NCBI GenBank assembly: GCA_000934665.2 | Contig: JYFJ02004196.1 | Span: forward strand, 1 to 34,097 | Direction: 5' to 3' | Source: Catajapyx aquilonaris | Lineage: Eukaryota | Length of the DNA stretch: 34,097 nt | Shown here: in pieces, positions 14,464-24,956 of the stretch | How positions within the stretch are numbered: the first letter of the stretch is position 1 | Layout of the letters: each line of letters begins with the position of its first letter | Position numbers and translations under genes: made by a program | Notes under the pieces: model-generated | Seen by the model: the letters and a program-made list of their open reading frames with translations, nothing else | Told to the model about the DNA's origin: nothing | Databases searched by the model: none

Positions 14464-15683
14464 CCGATTGGCATTTGCGGGAGAGAGAAAATGGGTCTAA
14501 AAATATTTGTTGTCCTTTCGAAGCGGACTGTCAGCTACATGAAATATGTATGGGGGCACATCGAAGGTTTCGAGAGAGTCCAACCCATTACCATTAGGAT
14601 TTTACAACATGCGTACAAAGAGCTCGTAGGTTATTTTGGATCGAAAAAGGGACCACAAAAGCCTGAGCATTGACAGTGCTGGAACACTCTGGAAACAAAA
14701 GGAATTGTAGATAAATCGGACCTCAAAAGCTGCCAACTTTTTGTTAATGTAATTATACACACCCACAAAGTTCTAGACGTATCGATTGGCATGTTTACAT
14801 CAAGTTGACAGACGTCAAGCCGTGCGCAATTATGGCAGTCAACAAGTAATAATTGCATCTACACTTAGATAGTTATGCATGGTAGCTGCCAGGTCCGGCC
14901 GACTAAATTAGTTTCATTTCGGAGCCTGCCGTACTGCATGCCTGGACCTGACAGACCCCCTCAAAATTAGTCATCCCGGCAGCACTTACATGGTCGGTCA
15001 ATCTACCTCGGCGCATACATAATTTGTGAATATCAAGGTTCAGGTAACCTGCAATGCAGTGCGAGTATGTGGCCCAGTCTGTGCGTATATAGTACAGCAT
15101 AATATAAAACGGGGTGCACAGCCATGTTTGCTCTCTCCTGGTTTATATACAGTACATCGACTTAAGACTTAATTGAAACTCCGACGCAGCGCGGCATCAA
15201 AGTTTCATAACGCAAGCTTGGCCCAACAAGCCCCCTGGCTAATTTGCGAGTCTATAGGGCTGCTGCTGGAATATACACTTTACTTCGCACTATAGCAGCC
15301 ATCGTGTCCTGATTGGCACGCAAAAAAAAAAGGTTGCGCCTCTTACATCTCTTGGTCGGAAAAGAGTGCCTGTCGCACGAACTACTAGATTATTAACGAA
15401 GGTCACTAATTGCCAATCCAAACATCACATGCTAGAACAAGCCTTAGTTTTAGTTTGTAAGTGGCCACCAGGGACCGTGTGTATATTCTGCAAGCTCTTA
15501 GTAATCAACATCACGACATTTTTCGATTAAATATGTAGTTTCTCGTTGAACACATTACTCTTTTTTTAAAAAAATATGCCCTGGCGCCAAATGTTTGCAC
15601 CTTTGAAATTGGTAGATTACTGAAGGTTGCCTAAGCGTCAAGGATACGTTTGGCCGAACATTATTTCTTGACAGATGTAGAAC

Positions 15684-15765
15684 GAGAAAAACATGGGCAT
15701 CTTGCTAGTGTTCTTCAATAATTATTATTATTGAAGAACACTAGCAAGATTCCCAGGTTTTTCTC
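15684..15765. repeat. Long inverted repeat (hairpin 1), 39-bp arms with 2 mismatches, 4-nt loop
   Basis: gagaaaaacatgggcatcttgctagtgttcttcaataat-tatt-attattgaagaacactagcaagattcccaggtttttctc; the inner 24 bp (15699-15722 / 15727-15750) are perfect. Confidence 0.95.
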
Positions 15766-15823
15766 TCATCAAACTTTGGATATGACCTATTATAATAGGT
15801 CATATCCCAAGTTTGATGGGAGA
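15762..15823. repeat. Long palindrome (hairpin 2), 31-bp arms with 2 mismatches, no spacer
   Basis: Perfect 30-bp core ggatatgacctatta|taataggtcatatcc (15778-15807), extended by tctctcatcaaactt / aagtttgatgggaga; overlaps hairpin 1 by 4 nt. Confidence 0.95.
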
Positions 15824-15864
15824 GTTCAGGTTTGAAGGTTTTCACGCAGACAGATTTTCTAGAA

Positions 15865-16304
15865 TTAACCATCTACAGTATGTATACGTCATTAGTGGTT
15901 AGGGGTCAACACTGACCCCATTCATATCGTGAATAAAAAAAATCGCAGTTACAAAATTGCAATATAAAAATTCAAGCTGGTGACAAAATAATAATCAACA
16001 CATAATCACATGTACAAAACTTGATTAAAATACGTAAATGACGATATTTTTAAAACAAACTTGCAGTACATATTTCATCAACAGTATCTGCTACGAAAGT
16101 AAGGACATGGGGTCATTTTAAATCACCGCTATATTTAGTTCTAAAACTGTCTCATTTATCGGTTTGGAATTGATTTCGTAAAATTTATACATTTTTATTC
16201 ACGTAAGAACTGCTCAATAATGGCTATTCTAGAAAGCGAATAAAATGCAAAAGTTACGATTAAAATTTGCCATAGGGGTCAAAGATGACTTCACAGAGGG
16301 TTCA
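15865..16304. mobile_element. Degenerate non-autonomous TIR element, possibly piggyBac-like MITE
   Basis: Ends ttaa-ccatct and agaggg-ttca resemble TTAA CCCT...AGGG TTAA. Matching subterminal 7-4-7 palindromes ggggtca-acac-tgacccc (15902-15919) and ggggtca-aaga-tgacttc (16275-16292); AT-rich non-coding interior. Confidence 0.45.
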
Positions 16305-17398
16305 GAGACAGTCCAATTCGCCATCTGTGGACTCATCCCCTATTGGGTCGCAGCTCAATTGCAAAAGGTGTGGACGCTATCAGCAAGCAAGAATTGGTCA
16401 TATGCAATATGCATTCCCCCCAAGTGCAACGTGCTCCTACAGTGCATCCACCTGATCGGAATATCTAAAATGCAAGCCCAACTATATATCGACTCCTTCC
16501 TATGCATTCCGAAAGAGAAAACCGGTTGCAATGTGCGATAGATTCCAACTTTAATATTAAAAAGCCCTCGGCCCTTCTTCGCCAAACTCAGCAACTACCT
16601 ACATAACTCCCAATACACATCGGCATTTTCCTCAGATTCTCGGGAAAAGGTTGTGAGAACTTTCAGAGTTTATGATGAACCGTTGAGCAAGTGCACATCG
16701 TAACCACAGCTCCCATTGCACCCGGCTGCTGCAATGAGCACGGATTAGGAAATAGGCACGTAACACCCTGGTTATGCCAAAAAATGTGCAGCGCGTGACC
16801 CCGTCCGGTCATTCATAAGACCGGGGCTAATTCCGGTGTGATGTAAGCACACGTGACGCTTTATTTCTTTCTATTGATAGCACCAAGGCTCCCCTGCTGT
16901 CGGCAGGAGGCTGACAAGTCACGAGCTCGGTACCTTCTTCTCCCCACAGCCAGCAGCCACCCTCATACAATATTTATCCCCACGTCAAACGGAAGGAATC
17001 CCGGGACAGACGCCAACCTGGTTTGCTAGCCTTTATAGTGCAGTGCACACACAGAGACTATGGACGTATAGTAAAAAGGGTTTCCTCACCCTCACAGCAT
17101 CACCGCGTGTGAGTCGTCCAACTACTCTCACTAAGTGATTTTCTCCGGCGCCATTGCCAAGATTGAACCGTCCGTTTGGACCAGGACTTTGAAGATACTT
17201 TGTTTTCACTGTCACCCTGGGTCTAATTTACGGGGGGGCACAGCCAGATGAGGAGCTGGCCTGTTAATTGAGTAATCAGTTGTGACGTGTGGCGACACAA
17301 TGCTCGTTGTAATCTGTTCAAGGGCCTCTGAGGGTTATCCCCTGCGAGGCATGCACACCTCTTGACATCGGCTACGTCCTGCTTAGTAGTTAAAGGAC

Positions 17399-17530
17399 TA
17401 TACAGGGTGTCCAATCTTTAAGTAAAAATTATGCTGACACCTTGACGTATGGGGTTTATAACTTTCGTCTGTCTGGCCCAATTAGTGACAGTAATTTTGT
17501 CAAGGTGATGCACCTGCAAGGCCAGCAGGT
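17399..17530. mobile_element. Tc1/mariner-type MITE end remnant; right boundary approximate
   Basis: TA-TACAGGGTGTCC at 17399-17412 matches the common TA+CAGGGTG terminus. Related termini occur at 7435-7443 (caccctgta), 8832-8840 (tacagggtg) and 10367-10390 (acagggt...accctgt). Confidence 0.35.
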
Positions 17531-18725
17531 GAGGTGCAGAGTTAGTGCATGTTGCATGGCTGTGTAAACGTGCGTTAAACGCTCCTTAACGATTGTCTGA
17601 AAGGCTTCATGGGCACACGGTATGAGTGAAATAACTCACTTCGCATGTGATGTGGGGGCCGACTTTAGTGGGCCCACAAATTCGAATGGGGCTCCCTGCG
17701 ATATCAGAAGCCATATTTTGCGGACATGGCCGAATATCCCTGGCCGCACATTTTGACGGTCTCACTAACTCGGCACCGGCAACGTCTCTGTTAATTACGT
17801 TCTGCACGGGGCGGCCTTATGAAGTCATGAATATATTTGCTGACAGATGATAATACAGGCAGAATAACGAGAGAATTTGAGGGAGGCAGATGAGGTTTCG
17901 TTAAATAAAGCTGACATCGGGTGAATTTTTTTGAAAAACAAGGTCTAATAATATTGATAAATTTTAATATCATATTAAAGTATATGTTTCATAATAATGT
18001 AACAACGTTGTCAATGTAGAAAATGTCTCGTATGATGCGATTTTTCTTTTCTTTTTCGCCCAGTGCAGTGTGTTGTACTGTCTTGTGTAAGTGAAGATTA
18101 TGAGCCAAATGGGTCAGTGCTTCGTTGTGCTGCCAACTTTTTAAATCCTTAATCTATGCCAGCAAATACTTAATCCGCCATAATGCTACTAGTTATTACA
18201 TTCAATAAGCGTTTTCGATTACATAATATCCGTTTATGAAAGCAATGCACATCGTACAACATCGAGTGTACTACAGTCAGAGTTGTAAAGCGATTATTTC
18301 TTATGTAATGATATAGACTTTCCCGTCACTGAGATAGTAATAAATAAGGAGACCTAATCTCACACGTACGTTCAGAGCCATGTGACCTATTCCAACCAAA
18401 CACCTGTATATTTTTGGCTCACACTTGCGTCCCTGTTATAGCACAGTTCAATAAACCGCTTCCTTGCAATGAAATGGGAGGCATGGCCGTCGTTGATGCA
18501 GTTCCTCGGCAATGTTTTTGCATTAACTCACATCCGCCATAATTGCAGGGAGCTAAGAGCGTTTTCCGCCAATTGCAAGGAAAAGTGTCTCGACACCACA
18601 AGCTTGATGGTAACGACTTTACGGATAATGACTCGAGCCATTACGCATTTCCTTGAAGTGCCACTCTCGCCCGTCTGAAAAATGGGGCCGCACAGTTACG
18701 TCACTTACAAAATGGCTGTGCTTAC

Positions 18726-19044
18726 CTTCATTGAAGGTGATTTTCTGGGTGGTCACCAACGGAGCCGGAAGCCTGTTCCTGGGCCTGGATTGCTGCTGGT
18801 GATGGTGATGGTGGTGGTGGTGGTGCCCGTGGTGCGGTCTCGGCCTGGGAGGCGCAGGGTTGTTGGTCGCAGTTGTCGCTGCTGTTGCTGTTGCTGTTGC
18901 TGCGGCCGTCGCGGCGGCCATTCCTCCACTCTTCTTCTCTTCATTGGAGGACTCGTCCCCTGCAATTCGGAACCCACGGATGATCAGGGAGTAATGTGCT
19001 GACCCGATCACGTACTCCAAACGACGCTTCTTCCTCCACTGCAT
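18726..19044 (-). CDS. Putative 5' coding exon of an unidentified gene: low-complexity Ala/Thr and poly-His N-terminal segment ending ...LVTTQKITFNE(G)
   Basis: GC-rich open frame with synonymous third-position variation in the Ala/Thr codons and CAC/CAT His run; strong donor GAAG|gtaagc (intron starts 18725, phase 1). Start is uncertain: in-frame ATG at 19044 or 18921, or an acceptor ttgcag| before 18959 giving a 234-nt phase 1-1 exon. Confidence 0.65.
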
Positions 19045-19205
19045 TGTTATTCACTCTAGAAGAACGGGGGCGTGCTCTCCAGAGATTAGAATTAAAATTA
19101 CGAAGAGGGGAAAAAAAGTAGGTGCGTTGGGCCAAGTGGATCTTTCGGGTCTCTTGCCAAGGGGGTTCTAGGGAAAGGTATTTTGGGGTCACGTCAAGTC
19201 TGCTC

Positions 19206-19220
19206 GTGTGTGTGTGTGTG
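19206..19220. repeat. Short (GT)n microsatellite
   Basis: gtgtgtgtgtgtgtg, ~160 nt upstream of the His-rich frame. Confidence 0.85.
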
Positions 19221-20147
19221 CTGCACCAACGGCTGATACTTGCACCGGCGGATATCGACTGCCTCGCGACTACTAAGCTGGGGCCTCTGGCACTTTCGGA
19301 CGGAAGCCCTGAGGAAATGGTGCTATTTTTTGAAATACACTCCCGCCTGATTCATCCCTTGGAGACGGACACTCAGGGAGGAGAAAATGGCAACTTTGCA
19401 TCCACCATTTTTTCCACCTCCTGCTGCCTTCCATTCAGTCGCTGGGTGTCCTCGTTTTTCGGCTACCAAATGTCAGATGTGTCATAAGGAGTCCTTCCAG
19501 TGCAACTTATCGTTTCAAACTCAATTTCATCCCGGACGTGGCAGGGTAATGCGCTGTATTTTATCCGGACTGGAAAATGTCGCTTTTAGGATTCTTCAAA
19601 AAATATTGAAAACGGCAAATTCTGCTTGGCTGCGTAATACCTGCTATATGCCTATACCTCACTCTTAAAACTAAATTAAAATAAATCCGCCTAATGGGCT
19701 GTCGCACGAGGAGCGTGACACTCGATATACATTCGTCCCGAGAAAATAAGTTCTTGGACTTGGTTCAAACTTTGCCTCTTCCATGTTTTTTTTTTCTTGT
19801 TTTGTTTTTAAATGAAGAACCACTAATTAAGCTAACTGTATGCTTTAAGGGTCCAAATCCTTTTGCAAACAACAAATAGTGAAGTGAGTCATACAAAAGC
19901 CACGCTATAGACACGTGTGACAGCATCATTCTGCGCGTGCGCGTTCATATGTCCCAAAACAGTCTGGAGCATTAATCTTCCCTCAAAGTCATTGCCTCTC
20001 TATCTATACACATTGTTCCTTTCAAGACTTGGCCAAAAACCAATCTCAACCTGATGCCCGGTCTCTAAAACTGGGCCTATTGACAGCTCTCCAAGGACTT
20101 GCCCATTACCAAATATTTTCCCTTCTTCCGGGCCCAGATCACAACCG

Positions 20148-20162
20148 TGACCTCTGACCTTT
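20148..20162 (-). promoter_or_regulatory. Perfect DR1 nuclear-receptor element AAAGGTCAGAGGTCA
   Basis: tgacctctgaccttt on the plus strand; identical 15-mer at 14172-14186; lies ~1.1 kb upstream of the His-rich exon. Confidence 0.6.
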
Positions 20163-23100
20163 CCCAGAAGGCACCACCCCCCTGACATCACCACTGGAAA
20201 AATAACCCAAAATGCGATCCGGTTACGCCCGGGGTCCAAAAATAAACGCATTAAAAAATATTTTCGGGTATGGACCCAAGGACCCTGTTTTGTACCCGAG
20301 CAAAACTTTGGCAGATAACTACTTTATGGGTGACAGTTAATTCTGAGCCGATATGGCCAGCCTATTTATAAGTAATACCCATGGGGGGCTGGCAGGCATA
20401 ATGGGGAGTGTGGGGATGTGGGGAGAGGAGCGGGGGTGAGAGGCGCAAGACTGTTATTTTCAGGACGGTAAAGATAGAAAGGAACGTGTAGAAAGGTTGC
20501 GAGCAAAAGGGGGCCGGACAGTTGGGATGACAGCTTACACTGAGTTTTTAGTGAGGGGGGGGGGGACTTAAAACCTCGGCTGGGAGGAAAACTGGTTTGC
20601 AAAATATTTCTGCAGCCAGCCAGCCCCATAAATGTGCGAAAAACCTCCGCAAGTTTTTAATTAAACATTGCGCTTTACAGCAAGGCCGCAAAGTTTTCTT
20701 CGCACATTTTTTTTTACAACCGGACCTGCATGCGGGTTTTGAATTAACTGCAGAGGCCTAATTTCGAATTATGCCGAGTAATTTTTGCAACAAGCGAATC
20801 CCATTTCCGGTCTCATAAAAAAAATATGGTGTCTCGACTCTGAAGGTTTTCAGCTCGCGTAGAATATTCGTCTTCCTTACCCTACATTTTTGCACGGGAC
20901 GAGCATGCAAATCCTTATTAATACCCTTCCCTCCAATGCTAGACACGGAATGTCTTTTAATCCCTCAAGACTGGGTATTAGAGGGTCTCGGGGCATCAAT
21001 ATCCTATTCCGGTAATTACATGCCGATACCTACCAAATGCACATCATGTTTCCTAGGAAATCCAATCTGAGAGAATATATACCCCGGGACAGCAGTTGTG
21101 TTTCCTTTCCCCAGATTGCGTTACACCACTCGCCACATTTGACTTGCAGTCCACATTTTCGGAGGGCTCCTGTAGTCCTCGCGAATTGCAATCAGCTAAA
21201 AGCGAATTTGCACAAACCGCAAACTCTTGGGGAGAGAGGACAGATGGCGAAGTTACATGGCGAGAGAACCTGGCCACAACACATGCAGTACCAATTTCAC
21301 CGGAAGCTTCACTCTCTAGAGGAACATGATCAAAAAAAAAAGTACTGTTGCGAATAGAATCGATAGTTTCTCACAAAGTCCTGCCAAAATTAAAGATCGG
21401 ATGGGGGAAAAAAAGAGAGGGGCTTATTTTAACCGAAATCGATTTGGCGGCAGTGCTTTCGATGATGGATTGACCTCCTTTTACACGGCTTTAACCCCCA
21501 GTCGCATAACTCCCTTGCTGTGGTCCCCTGCTACTAAATCTCTTAAGACACAATATGGCGGCCTCCCCGAGTGCACATTGCACGCGGTCGAAACACAGGC
21601 CAAAAAACACCGCCCTCCGAAAAAGAATTATGCAAGCAGTTATTCAAACTTGATGTCATACCTCTTTTGCTCCCAGGTGGCTTGGATCTGGCAATAAAAA
21701 GGATGACTGAAAGGTCATTCACATTGACACAATTCTGGAAGCAGAAATTGATGTCTGCTCGCAGTTATTTTTAAAAAATGGAAAAAAATTTGCGATCGCA
21801 GCCAGAAAAAATAGACGGAGTGACTCGTCGAAGCACAGTTGAGTTATTGGCTTTCCGGCTCGTTAAATATTCCCGCCATTGTCACATGCCACGTAATGCG
21901 ACCGGGCAGAAAGTGCGCTTTTTTTCCCCGTCCCATGAGAGGCCACCTATTTTTGGTATTCATTCATAGCAACCAGGGAGCTCTTTCTAATGGTGAAACC
22001 CAACCATCTGTACACACACAAAAAAATTGCTATTTTAGTTTGTACCCTTCGCGCGCGGTAATAAACACGATAATTATGGTTGCCGACAAAGTTAGCCAAC
22101 AACACAGTGTAAAGAGCTCCCGAATTATACAAATACCTGTCATAATATGGCTTAACAGTTTTCTTTCCGCACGTGTGTGTTTCGCAACTGGATTGCGAAA
22201 TATTTATGCCGAGTGTTGTCAATCTAATTGCCCCATAAATTATTTATTGCACCTCTGTATACTATATTTTGCGCAATTGATGCTGATTTATCCCGTATGT
22301 GTTTGTCTGTCATCCTATTGCAGCACACTTGCCATTATTCCCTGCGTCCCAATAGCAATCTAAAATAAGTGCTCTGCCGAGTCGCGACTGGTATGCTGTA
22401 ATTTACAAGGGCATGAGGGAGAATAGAAAAAAAAACATTACAGTTAATGCTCCTAAAGAGGTACAGGCACCACCATTCCTTTCTGGGACACGTTCTGAAG
22501 CAGACTTGGGATTAAAGCAGAGTCGGGGAATGTTGACGCCCGCAGGTTTTCCTGACTGGGTATTGGGAGAGACTTTGCGGGGAAACGAAAAGTGCACAAA
22601 ATATCGGATTACAGTCCGGGAGAGGTACCCGTATTTGGGAATCAGCAAAGTCCTAGTAGTGCTCAAGTGCTTTACCGCTCCACCAGCTTATACTGCCGGA
22701 AATCGAATGCGAAAATATTTGGCTTTCCTTGCATCCAAGTAATCAGAGTGTGCAATTGCTCGGAAACATTGTGCTGCATGCATATCCCAATTTGTCTGAA
22801 GGCATGTGTTGCATACATAGCAGGATATGAAGAAGTCGGCTGCAATGTGGGTTGCAGCTAGGGGCAACTTGTCGTCTGAACACTATTTAAAACGAGGACA
22901 CTTTCTTGGGGCGTGGTGGCAGCATATCGGTATCGTCAACACACCTGTAGCAAAACCCTGCACAAATATTTGAACTGATATTACCAGTCAATGACAGCGC
23001 AATCATCAGTGTCAATCAATAACATTGAGCACTCGAGCCGTGTAATATGCAAACAACACCGGCGTCATATAACCGGCTCCTGTAATTTGGTTAACAACCA

Positions 23101-24777
23101 AGCTCACAAGCCGCTTCCTCCAAACAGGAAACTGCACGATAAGACAACAGCACCACCATATATAAAAAAATAGTGTCCCCGATATGAAAATTTCTAACAA
23201 AGAGTGGCCTTTACCGGATTTGGAGAAAACGGGTCCCTTCGGAGCATCAGAAAGGGAGGGTATCGTTGCTCGTGCAAGTGTGAACGACTCCCGGGTCCAA
23301 GAGGCATGTGGGGGTGATTCGAGCCCCAAATTTCACGAGAGGGTCCGGACTTTGGATGGTGGGTGGCGGGGGTGGAAGGGGGTGGGAGCGAGAGACCTCC
23401 TAGACAACTGCATGGATCGATCTGTTGGAGGCCATTCCCCTCTCCAGCCTCAAACTGCTGCCTTTTCCCCTCCCCTCATGATAAAACCGGCTTCACATCC
23501 TCCTACTATCTATCCATCTTTAGAATAGTACGAAAAACCAACAAAAATATACATAACGCAATTGAAAACAAAAAAAGGAGCATTATTGTCTGCTCTATAT
23601 AACAAACTGAATAAGCAAACCTCATGATTGGTACGTGGGAAATGCACCACTCTGGTTCTTCCGCTTGTAATTACAGGGCCAAACATTAATCGCGGGCAAA
23701 AATATTTTAAAGGGGAGTCCTAATTGTTGCATAATTATCATGCCCTTTCCAATCACGTCCTGGACCATTCCCATTCGTGTTAGAGGTGAGGGAACATGTC
23801 AAAAAATTTCGCAATTTCGCCCAACCAGCCAGGAAATGAACATGAAAAAGTTTCTAAAAAAATCTGGGCCCGGATTTACAAGTTAGCTTGTAAAACCATG
23901 AAGGAGGTAGGACCTTATACCCCCCAAAAAATCGGGGGTTCGAACTAACGAGGTACCACAGCTATTTCCATGCAACCAGAGTGTGATTAGATGGGTGACC
24001 GGGCGAGAACGGGGCTTGTGGGTCGTCCCCCATTGATTTGGCAGCCAGGTACAAAAAGGACCAGTAGTTAATCGGCCTAAGAATGTGACCTGCGCACGAA
24101 ATAGTGCAAGTGACTTTCATTCATTTCTAGGCAGCCAGAGGTGGGGGGTGGGATTGGAGAGAATGTGTACGGATAATGCACTAGAGCGGAATTATGTGGA
24201 GGACTCTCATTAAACATTCAGTGCCCCCCCACATATGATAGTACTTCTAAAAATAGTGCGTACAAAACTATATGAATGGCAGTTCAATTATTGCTTCGAG
24301 TTCATTCAAATGTAGGTTACTTTTCTATATGAATATGACTACTTGGCAATTTGCAAGTCCTACGTAGTGATTATTCATAGGTTAATCTTCTTAATCTGGG
24401 CTACAAGCCCCCCACTGTAGCCCTCGAATTTGGGTTCCACATAATCCTCTCCTCAATGAATAACTGCATAACTCATTTTTGCAAAATAGGAGCTTACACA
24501 CTTTGCAACAAAATTTACGGTCTGATCCAGACAAAAACAGCGCAAATTCTGGCACCGTGACCGAAAACAAGCGATTCGGCCTTGGGTTCAGATTATGTCA
24601 CACAATCAGAGGGGGTTGCATATACGACTAGTAAAACCGGTTGTAAAACCCAGGTTGCATACCCATCAAGGGTTAAAAGGTGCAGAAAGTGGGATCTCAC
24701 CAACTGAAAGCCGCCTCCAGGTGATTTTCCGCTTGCCCTTCTTTCCCATCAGCTTGTGGAGCAGCGGAGGGCACCCG

Positions 24778-24956
24778 TGACCTTCCTCATCCTCCAGTTG
24801 ACCTCAGGTCAACACCCCACTCGTTGCATTTAGGCCCGCACTTTTTTCGCACTGGAATGTTACAAGGTAAGTAGGATATGTGGGATTTTTTTTGGGACTT
24901 ATTGGAAAATGGTTAAACGTGCGTGTAGGATGAGGTCACAGGTCACCACTAGGTCA
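24778..24956. promoter_or_regulatory. Cluster of six perfect nuclear-receptor half-sites, including an everted repeat, a DR1 and a DR5
   Basis: TGACCT 24778; TGACCT-c-AGGTCA 24799-24811; AGGTCA-c-AGGTCA-ccact-AGGTCA 24933-24956. Confidence 0.7.

Noticed and set aside
18726..18977. Antizyme-like +1 frameshift at ...GPGTGFRLRW-TGA
   Set aside because: Context is TGG TGA rather than TCC TGA, the +1 frame stops within nine codons, and the long His frame is -1 relative to this ORF.
18682..19002. Plus-strand ORF with poly-Val and poly-Cys (metallothionein-like look)
   Set aside because: It is the antisense reading of the CAC and GCA/ACA repeats; the splice donor and codon pattern favour the minus strand.
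23979..24020. 5S rRNA/SINE3-like motif ttagatgggtgaccg
   Set aside because: Only ~15 nt resemble 5S box C; no upstream 5S sequence or box A.
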